Of a stretch of DNA of 44,735 nt, positions 38,521 to 44,735 are shown piece after piece. The position numbers were made by a program, and so were the translations under genes. The stretch's first letter is position 1, and every line of letters starts with the position of its first letter. The notes beneath the pieces are model-generated. The model was not told the origin of the DNA. It saw nothing but the letters and a program-made list of their open reading frames with translations, and made no database searches. The stretch spans positions 1 through 44,735 of the IMG/VR virus record IMGVR_UViG_3300020441_000009. One strand, 5' to 3'. The stretch comes from a virus (Duplodnaviria > Caudoviricetes).

Positions 38521-39984
38521 ATGGCAGATTTGACTATTCAAAAGATCAATGAAGTCTATCTACAAGTAAAAACAGAACCTCATATTGAGTATGAGTTAAG
38601 AGATAGATTCACTTTTGAAGTCCCTAACAAAAAATTCATGCCTCAGTACAGAAGCAAGTACTGGGATGGATATGTGCATTTGTTTAATATGAAAACCAAG
38701 AGGATCTATGTTGGTCTTCTTGATAAAGTTGTTGCGTTCTGTGAGCAATCAGGATACTCATACAAATTTGAAAACAATAAATTCTATGGTCCTCCCTTTG
38801 AAGTCAATGATATGATTTCAGAGGAAGGTGTGAAAGACTTTATGAAAGCAATCACACCACTTAAACCAAGAGACTATCAGATTGATGCAGTTCATGATGC
38901 TTTGAAATATAACAGAAAGTTGTTGATTTCACCAACAGCATCTGGTAAGTCATTTATGATTTACACTATTGTTAGATTTCATGTCAATGCTGGTAGAAAG
39001 ATTCTGCTTGTAGTTCCTACCACATCTCTTGTAGAGCAGATGTTCAAAGACTTCCAAGACTATGGATGGGATGCTGAGAATCATTGCCATAGAATCTATG
39101 CTGGTAGAGAAAGAGTCAATACAAATGAGGTAACTATTACTACTTGGCAATCTGTTTATCAATTAGATAGAAAGTTCTTTGAAGATTATGATGTGGTGAT
39201 TGGTGATGAGGCGCACCTTTTTAAGAGTAAGTCTCTTGTAGGTATTATGGACAAATTACACCATGCTAAGTATAGATATGGGTTCACAGGAACTTTAGAT
39301 GGCACACAGACCCATAAGTGGGTCTTAGAGGGACTGTTTGGTCCATCATACAAAGTAACACAAACTAAAAAATTGATTGATCAAGGTCATCTTGCAACTT
39401 TAGATATTCAATGCCTTGTCCTAAAATACAAACCAAAGAAGTTTGATACTTATGAAGATGAGATTCAATTCTTGATTGGTCATGAAAAAAGAAACAAATT
39501 TATCACTAATCTTGCTTTAGATTTAAAAGGTAATTCTCTCATCCTCTATAGTAGAGTAGAAGCACATGGTGCCATACTTTACGATTTGATAAATAAAAAA
39601 GTCACAGAAGGAAGAAAAGTTTTCTTCATTCATGGTGGTGTAGATGCTGAAGAAAGAGAACAAGTAAGGGAAATTACAGAGCAGCAGAATGATGCAATCA
39701 TTGTTGCTTCTTATGGAACATTCAGTACAGGAATCAATATTAAGAATCTACACAATGTAATCTTTGCCTCTCCATCCAAATCTCGTATTCGTAACTTACA
39801 GAGTATTGGTAGAGTCCTAAGAAAAGGCAAAAACAAAGTGAAAGCAAAACTATATGATATTGCTGATGATCTAACTTTGGGGTCAAGAAAGAATTATACA
39901 CTGAATCATTTTATTGAGAGAGTGAAAATTTATGTTCAAGAGCAATTCAATTATGACATTATATCAGTCAACATAAAAGATTAG
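38521..39984 (+). CDS. uvsW: SF2 DNA helicase UvsW
   Basis: Q motif 'PRDYQ', Walker A 'SPTASGKS', 'DEAH', 'GFTGT', 'QSIGRVLR'. Confidence 0.96.
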   Translation: MADLTIQKINEVYLQVKTEPHIEYELRDRFTFEVPNKKFMPQYRSKYWDGYVHLFNMKTKRIYVGLLDKVVAFCEQSGYSYKFENNKFYGPPFEVNDMISEEGVKDFMKAITPLKPRDYQIDAVHDALKYNRKLLISPTASGKSFMIYTIVRFHVNAGRKILLVVPTTSLVEQMFKDFQDYGWDAENHCHRIYAGRERVNTNEVTITTWQSVYQLDRKFFEDYDVVIGDEAHLFKSKSLVGIMDKLHHAKYRYGFTGTLDGTQTHKWVLEGLFGPSYKVTQTKKLIDQGHLATLDIQCLVLKYKPKKFDTYEDEIQFLIGHEKRNKFITNLALDLKGNSLILYSRVEAHGAILYDLINKKVTEGRKVFFIHGGVDAEEREQVREITEQQNDAIIVASYGTFSTGINIKNLHNVIFASPSKSRIRNLQSIGRVLRKGKNKVKAKLYDIADDLTLGSRKNYTLNHFIERVKIYVQEQFNYDIISVNIKD

Positions 39985-39994
39985 GAGAAAGTGT

Positions 39995-40381
39995 ATGATA
40001 GAGGATGATTTCTACTGTACAATCAAGTTCAAAGGTGGAGATGAAATCTTTGCCAAGGTGGCAGCAGAAGTAGAAGAAGATAGAACCATGCTTCTTGTTT
40101 CAAACCCTATTGTGGTTGAAGAAGTAAAGTTAAGAGGAACAGTCGTAGGTCATAAGTTTGAACCTTGGTTGAAGTCAACCACTGAAGATATGTTCTTGGT
40201 CAATATGGATGATGTTCTTACTATGTCTGAATCAGAAGACATTGAGATGATTTTGTATTATCAGGATTATATAAGAAAGATGCATAAAGGTAATCATGCT
40301 CAGATAGATAGGAAGATGGGATATCTCTCCTCTGTTCAAGATGCTAAGGAGGTTCTAGAGAAACTCTATAAATCTAGCTAA
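39995..40381 (+). CDS. Hypothetical protein between uvsW and gp55 (possible small beta-barrel N-terminus)
   Basis: 128 aa; SD AGGAG at 39983-39987; 'TIKFKGGDEIFAKV...NPI...PW' and 'MGYLSSV.DAK..LEKLY'. Confidence 0.8.
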   Translation: MIEDDFYCTIKFKGGDEIFAKVAAEVEEDRTMLLVSNPIVVEEVKLRGTVVGHKFEPWLKSTTEDMFLVNMDDVLTMSESEDIEMILYYQDYIRKMHKGNHAQIDRKMGYLSSVQDAKEVLEKLYKSS

Positions 40382-40408
40382 GGCTTATCTTTCAAAGGCA
40401 ACAAACCT

Positions 40409-40437
40409 AGTCTACTGGTAAAGTGTATCGTTGTCAA
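40409..40437 (-). promoter_or_regulatory. Divergent antisense sigma70-type promoter
   Basis: Minus strand reads TTGACA (40437-40432), 17 bp, TAGACT (40414-40409). Confidence 0.65.
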
Positions 40438-40459
40438 CGTTTTGTTTTGCTGTTATAAT
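40431..40459 (+). promoter_or_regulatory. Sigma70-type (early/middle) promoter for gp55-gp47-gp46
   Basis: -35 TTGTCA (40431-40436), 17-bp spacer, extended -10 TG-T-TATAAT (40454-40459). Confidence 0.85.
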
Positions 40460-40474
40460 AATTCCAGTAGATAA

Positions 40475-40981
40475 ATGATAATTATGCCCTTCTCTTATAC
40501 TACTATGGCAAGACCTAAGAAATCAGAGCACTATGTCAACAATAAAGATTTCTTGGCTGCCCTAGAACAGTATGCTATTGATGTTGAAAGAGCAAAGGAA
40601 AAAGGTAATCCCAAACCACAGATTCCCAGATACATTGGTGAATGCTTCCTGAAGATTGCTAATCACCTGTCATACAAACCAAACTTTGTGAACTACATGT
40701 TCAAAGATGACATGATTTGTGATGGCATTGAGAACTGTGTAAGATATATCCATAACTTTAATCCAGAGAAATCCAAGAATCCTTTTGCTTATTTCACTCA
40801 GATTATCTACTATGCATTCCTGAGAAGAATTCAACAAGAGAAGAAGCAACTTGAAATCAAGAACAAGATCCTAGAGAAGACCAACTTTGATGAGGTCTTT
40901 GATTCTAATGACCTTGACGCAAGCAATTACTCAGATTACAATAGTATTAAGGATGCTGTCCATAGTAAGTTGAGGAATTGA
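40475..40981 (+). CDS. gp55: Late-transcription sigma factor gp55 (start may be 40484 or 40505)
   Basis: 'HYVNNKDFL', 'YIGECFLKIANHLSYKPNF.NY...DMI.DGIENC', 'NPFAYFTQI.YYAFLRRI..EKKQ'. Confidence 0.95.
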   Translation: MIIMPFSYTTMARPKKSEHYVNNKDFLAALEQYAIDVERAKEKGNPKPQIPRYIGECFLKIANHLSYKPNFVNYMFKDDMICDGIENCVRYIHNFNPEKSKNPFAYFTQIIYYAFLRRIQQEKKQLEIKNKILEKTNFDEVFDSNDLDASNYSDYNSIKDAVHSKLRN

Positions 40982-42027
40982 TGCGAGTAGCAGTTATTAG
41001 TGATACTCATTATGGTGCAAGAAAAAGTTCTAAACTTTTTCATGACTATTTTGAAAAGTTTTACAATGAGATTTTCTTCCCAACACTGGACAAAGAAGGT
41101 ATCACTACTGTAATTCACATGGGTGATGCTTTTGATAGTAGAAAAGGTATTGAATTCAAAGCACTTGATTGGGCAAAGAGAGTAGTGTTTGATCCTCTTA
41201 AGGAAAGAGGCATTACTATGCATCTAATGGTTGGCAATCATGATGCTTACTATAAAAATACCAACAATATCAACTCTATTGATCTTCTTCTTAATGAATA
41301 TGATAATGTGATAACATATTCAGAAGCAACTGAGGTAGTTGTTGATAAGACACCTATCCTTTTTATTCCCTGGATTAATGAAGACAATCAAGAAAAAACT
41401 TTTAAATTTATTGAAGATTCAACTTGCCACTACGCGATGGGGCACCTTGAACTCACAGGATTTAGAGCTCATAAAAACCTCATCATGGACCATGGTATGG
41501 AGAGCAAACTATATCAGAAGTTCAACAGGGTATTTTCGGGTCATTTCCATACAAGGTCAGATGATGGAAAAATCTTCTACATAGGCAATCCATATGAGAT
41601 GTTTTGGAATGATGTCAATGACAATAGGGGTTTTATTATCTTAGACACTGATGATATGGAGTTTGAATATGTGAATAATTCTTTTAAAATGTTCCATAAC
41701 ATCTACTATGATGACACTCCCTATCAAATGTTTGATGCATCTCCTTATCACAATAAGATTGTAAAAATTATTGTCAAGTCAAAAAATGATCTTACAAACT
41801 TTGAAAAGTTTGTAGACAAAATCTATGAGACAAAGGTTGCTGATCTGAAGATTGTTGAGAGTTATGATTTTAACAATGGATACTTTACTGAGAATCCAGA
41901 TGTAGAGACAGAAGACACTTTCTCCATCTTGAATAGATATATTGAAGAGGCAGAGTTCTCACTTGATAAATCAGTGGTTCAATCTCTCATCAAGGATGTC
42001 TATGAGGAAGCATGTGAGTTAGTATAA
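40981..42027 (+). CDS. gp47: Recombination nuclease gp47 (Mre11/SbcD-like)
   Basis: Metallophosphoesterase motifs 'SDTHYG', 'GDAFD', 'GNHD', 'GHLE', 'SGHFH'; ATG at 40981 overlaps the gp55 TGA. Confidence 0.95.
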   Translation: MRVAVISDTHYGARKSSKLFHDYFEKFYNEIFFPTLDKEGITTVIHMGDAFDSRKGIEFKALDWAKRVVFDPLKERGITMHLMVGNHDAYYKNTNNINSIDLLLNEYDNVITYSEATEVVVDKTPILFIPWINEDNQEKTFKFIEDSTCHYAMGHLELTGFRAHKNLIMDHGMESKLYQKFNRVFSGHFHTRSDDGKIFYIGNPYEMFWNDVNDNRGFIILDTDDMEFEYVNNSFKMFHNIYYDDTPYQMFDASPYHNKIVKIIVKSKNDLTNFEKFVDKIYETKVADLKIVESYDFNNGYFTENPDVETEDTFSILNRYIEEAEFSLDKSVVQSLIKDVYEEACELV

Positions 42028-42299
42028 TGTTTATAATCACAGTAGCAGGAAAGGAGAAGGAAGGTGCATATTCTGTAGTAGATGATGATGGAGAACAGGT
42101 TCTCTACATTTTTGAAGAAGAAGATGATGCTATGAGGTATTCAATGCAATTGGAAGAAATGGATTATCCTTTAATGCATGTGATTGAGATTGAAAGCGAC
42201 TTAATGATTCATACTTGTGAGACACATGGTCACAGGTATGCTATCATTTCAAAAAATGACATTGTGATTCCGCCAGATAAAACTGATGATAACCTTTAA
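42027..42299 (+). CDS. Small acidic hypothetical protein between gp47 and gp46
   Basis: 90 aa; 'VLYIFEEEDDAMRY...LE'; translationally coupled to gp47 and overlapping gp46. Confidence 0.75.
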   Translation: MFIITVAGKEKEGAYSVVDDDGEQVLYIFEEEDDAMRYSMQLEEMDYPLMHVIEIESDLMIHTCETHGHRYAIISKNDIVIPPDKTDDNL

Positions 42300-43998
42300 G
42301 ACTATTGCCTGGAAGAACTTTTTATCAACTGGGAACCACCCTACAACAGTGTCACTTGATAGTGACAGCACTTCTCTCATCATTGGAACAAATGGTGCTG
42401 GTAAGTCTACTATCTTGGATGCACTCACATTCTCTTTGTATGGTAAGTCTTTTAGGAAGATAAACAAGGGTCAACTCATTAATACTACAAATGAAAAGAA
42501 TTGTTTTGTAGAGATTGAGTTTGTCGTCAATAGTACTGAGTGGAAAGTAGAAAGAGGAATCAAACCAAACATCTTTAAAATCTATAGAGATGGTGAAGAA
42601 CTGAATCAAAACTCTTCTGCTATTGATCAACAGAAGTGGTTAGAACAGAATGTTCTGAAGATGAACTACAAGTCTTTTACTCAAATTGTAATCCTGGGTA
42701 GTAGTTCTTTTGTTCCATTCATGCAACTACCCACAAACAGCAGGAGAGAGGTTGTAGAAGATTTATTGGATATTAAGATCTTTTCCTCTATGAATGATAT
42801 TGTAAAGGGTAGATTGCGTTTTGTTAAAGATGAAATCAAAACTCTTGAGTTAAAGAAAGACAATCTTAAAGATAAAGTTGACATGCAGAAGAACTTTATC
42901 CAACAGATTGAAGATCAGAGCAAGGATGATATTGAGATCAAAAATAATTCTATCAATAACTTGATGGATGAGATGTCTGGGTATATGAAGAAAACTGAAT
43001 ATCTTGATGAAGAAGTAAAAGCATCTCAACTATCTTTGAAAAGTTTTGAGGGTGCAACATCTAAACTTAGAGAATATGGTAATATCAAGGGTAAATTGTC
43101 ACAGAAGATTTCTGGTATTGTAAAAGAACACAAGTTCTTTACAGAAAATAGGGTTTGCCCTACCTGCTCACAAGACATTGAGGAGACATTTCGCGTAAAT
43201 AGAATTAGTGACTCTCAATCTAAAGCAGAAGAATTGCAGAAGGGTTATAAAGAACTCATGGATGCAATTAAAAATGAAGAAGAAAGGGAGTCCCAATTCC
43301 AACAGATTTCAGGAGACTTAAGTAAACTTCTTAATGGTATTACTCAAAACAATTCTCATATCAATGGGTGTCAGAAACAAATCAAAAGACTGGAACATGA
43401 AATTCAAACAATTACCAGTCAAATTGCAAACAGAAATACTGAACATGAAAAGTTAGAAGAGTTTAGAAACAACCTTCAGGACACCTTTGAGATCATAAGT
43501 GAGAAAAAAGAGAAGATTACTTATCTTGACTTTACCTACAACCTCCTTAAGGATGGAGGAGTAAAAACACAAATCATCAAGAAGTATCTTCCCATCATCA
43601 ATCAACAAGCTAACAAATACCTACAGATGATGGACTTCTACATTAATTTCAAACTTGATGAAGAATTTACAGAGACCATTGAATCACCTATTCATGAGGA
43701 CTTTACTTATCAATCCTTCTCAGAAGGAGAGAAAATGAGAATTGACCTTGCACTTCTTTTCACCTGGAGAGAGATTGCAAGAATGAAAAACTCTGTAAAT
43801 ACTAACCTGCTTATCATGGATGAAGTCTTTGATTCATCCCTTGATGGATTTGGCACAGAAGAGTTCCTTAAGATTATTAGATTTGTGATTAAAGATGCTA
43901 ATATCTTTGTCATCTCTCACAAGGAGGGGCTTGAAGATAAGTTTGATAATGTGATAAAGTTTGAAAAACAAGGCAATTTCTCTAGAATAGAACCATGA
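42286..43998 (+). CDS. gp46: Recombination ATPase gp46 (Rad50/SbcC-like)
   Basis: 'KNFLSTG', Walker A 'GTNGAGKST', Zn hook 'CPTC', signature 'SFSEGE', Walker B 'LLIMDEVFDSSLD', 'VISH'. Confidence 0.96.
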   Translation: MITFKTIAWKNFLSTGNHPTTVSLDSDSTSLIIGTNGAGKSTILDALTFSLYGKSFRKINKGQLINTTNEKNCFVEIEFVVNSTEWKVERGIKPNIFKIYRDGEELNQNSSAIDQQKWLEQNVLKMNYKSFTQIVILGSSSFVPFMQLPTNSRREVVEDLLDIKIFSSMNDIVKGRLRFVKDEIKTLELKKDNLKDKVDMQKNFIQQIEDQSKDDIEIKNNSINNLMDEMSGYMKKTEYLDEEVKASQLSLKSFEGATSKLREYGNIKGKLSQKISGIVKEHKFFTENRVCPTCSQDIEETFRVNRISDSQSKAEELQKGYKELMDAIKNEEERESQFQQISGDLSKLLNGITQNNSHINGCQKQIKRLEHEIQTITSQIANRNTEHEKLEEFRNNLQDTFEIISEKKEKITYLDFTYNLLKDGGVKTQIIKKYLPIINQQANKYLQMMDFYINFKLDEEFTETIESPIHEDFTYQSFSEGEKMRIDLALLFTWREIARMKNSVNTNLLIMDEVFDSSLDGFGTEEFLKIIRFVIKDANIFVISHKEGLEDKFDNVIKFEKQGNFSRIEP

Positions 43999-44132
43999 AT
44001 GTTCCAAACTGGCAACATCACTCCAAGAAAGAACAAAAGATTCATCTTAAACCTGAAGCAGTAAGACAACGTAAAGAAGCATTGCAGTTCTTGAAGAAAA
44101 AGTTAAATGTAACAGGAACTACATTAAGTTAG
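43995..44132 (+). CDS. Small basic hypothetical protein (45 aa, not in ORF track)
   Basis: ATGA overlap with the gp46 stop; manual translation MNVPNWQHHSKKEQKIHLKPEAVRQRKEALQFLKKKLNVTGTTLS*. Confidence 0.7.
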   Translation: MNVPNWQHHSKKEQKIHLKPEAVRQRKEALQFLKKKLNVTGTTLS

Positions 44133-44141
44133 CATACGAAC

Positions 44142-44149
44142 ACTAAATA
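44142..44149 (+). promoter_or_regulatory. Late promoter variant (ACTAAATA)
   Basis: TAAATA core upstream of a strong SD AGGAGG (44164-44169). Confidence 0.6.
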
Positions 44150-44174
44150 ATATCAGTGAAATGAGGAGGTCATT

Positions 44175-44342
44175 ATGCACAACCTGATATCACATAATGA
44201 ACTAGCATCCTGGAAGTGGGATCAAAAAAATACTCAAGACGAGAAATACGACCAAGTTTCCGAGTACTTCCAGTGCATCTCAGAATGTGGTATAGTTGAC
44301 CATCAAGCAAGGAGATTCTGCAGACACATCCTAACTGAGTAG
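44175..44342 (+). CDS. Small Cys-containing hypothetical protein (55 aa, not in ORF track)
   Basis: SD AGGAGG 5 nt before the ATG; manual translation MHNLISHNELASWKWDQKNTQDEKYDQVSEYFQCISECGIVDHQARRFCRHILTE*. Confidence 0.8.
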   Translation: MHNLISHNELASWKWDQKNTQDEKYDQVSEYFQCISECGIVDHQARRFCRHILTE

Positions 44343-44373
44343 AAGCAAATTAAAAAGAGGAGTACTTACCAAA

Positions 44374-44404
44374 GCCCCCTGCACCTTAAATAAGTGTGGG
44401 GGGT
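44374..44404 (+). terminator. GC-rich hairpin, probable terminator or RNA structure
   Basis: GCCCCCTGCAC / GTGTGGGGGGT with three G-U pairs, loop CTTAAATAA; only a weak U tail. Confidence 0.55.
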
Positions 44405-44410
44405 TGGTTC

Positions 44411-44469
44411 GTGTGCCAGTTTATAAAGTGGTTGCAATGGGTTTCAGAACCACCTGGATGCTGTAGACT
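44411..44469 (+). promoter_or_regulatory. Putative early/middle promoter with upstream degenerate palindrome
   Basis: GTGTGCCAGTT-TATA-AAGTGGTTGCA followed by a -10-like TAGACT (44464-44469); poor -35. Confidence 0.5.
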
Positions 44470-44491
44470 ATTCACATAAGCAAAAGACCCA

Positions 44492-44735
44492 ATGGCAATC
44501 AACTATGAAATTAAGTCCCAACTGGCAAAACTGCTTGCCACTGAGGATTTGATTGTTGAGAACAAACAGGTAGCAACAGCACAGTTCAATGTTGAAACTA
44601 GGGTTCTGACTTTGCCCATGTGGAAGCGTGCTTCTAACAGTGTTTATGACATGCTTGTGGGTCATGAAGTAGGACATGCTTTGTTCACTCCTGATGATTG
44701 GAGTTGGGAAGGAACTGTGCCTCAGCAGTTTGTCA
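44492..44735 (+). CDS. HExxH metallopeptidase-domain protein, 3'-truncated (not in ORF track)
   Basis: Manual translation MAINYEIKSQLAKLLATEDLIVENKQVATAQFNVETRVLTLPMWKRASNSVYDMLVGHEVGHALFTPDDW..., open to the window end; HEVGH motif. From recall, resembles the cyanomyovirus peptidase gene usually found beside a CobS-like AAA ATPase. Confidence 0.85.
   Translation, partial: MAINYEIKSQLAKLLATEDLIVENKQVATAQFNVETRVLTLPMWKRASNSVYDMLVGHEVGHALFTPDDWSWEGTVPQQFV

Noticed and set aside
183-43913. Numerous 60-160 aa minus-strand and alternate-frame ORFs in the track (e.g. 4926-5318, 25215-25679, 30024-30446, 36304-36720, 36830-37309)
   Set aside because: They overlap well-supported + strand genes, show no recognisable motifs, and are expected shadows of biased codon usage.
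26390-43998. Introns, inteins or homing endonucleases in gp17, gp20, gp23, uvsW, gp47 and gp46
   Set aside because: All are uninterrupted, of ordinary length, and show no splicing or endonuclease motifs.
44468-44677. Minus-strand 69-aa ORF at the window end
   Set aside because: Antisense to the clear HExxH peptidase frame starting at 44492.
1-44735. Stop-codon reassignment or alternative genetic code
   Set aside because: Core genes translate full length in the standard code, and TAA, TGA and TAG all terminate genes at expected positions.
1-44735. CRISPR array, tRNA genes, DGR or invertible cassette
   Set aside because: Intergenic gaps are short and I saw no spaced repeats, cloverleafs, reverse transcriptase or site-specific recombinase; long near-identical repeats cannot be fully excluded by eye.

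Overview
This window is a contiguous, almost entirely + strand segment of a T4-like myophage genome. Gene order and the enlarged baseplate and neck proteins suggest a marine cyanomyovirus (Kyanoviridae-like); that assignment is an inference. It runs from inside a giant gp7-like baseplate gene (5'-truncated) through gp8, a 2533-aa VrlC-like structural protein, gp13-14-15-16, two accessory genes, gp17-18-19-20, a gp67-like gene, gp21-22-23, gp3, uvsY, uvsW, gp55, gp47 and gp46. It ends in two small ORFs and the start of an HExxH peptidase gene. I saw no tRNA, CRISPR array, intron, intein, mobile element or recognisable auxiliary metabolic gene. The most unusual signals are: (1) extreme CpG depletion, about 17 CG dinucleotides in the first 7.9 kb by hand count, with a few CG-dense patches; (2) a modular basic protein before gp17 whose modules are separated by prohead-protease-like (I/L/V)-x-E sites, a candidate capsid-internal polyprotein; (3) most late promoters sit in or on inverted repeats that could occlude the downstream translation start on read-through RNA; (4) back-to-back sigma70-type promoters sharing one -35 region upstream of gp55; (5) a G-[IV]-x-T motif pervading external virion proteins; (6) four small ORFs below the ORF-track cutoff, one bounded by a 14-bp direct repeat. 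All product calls come from motif recognition and synteny, without database searches.
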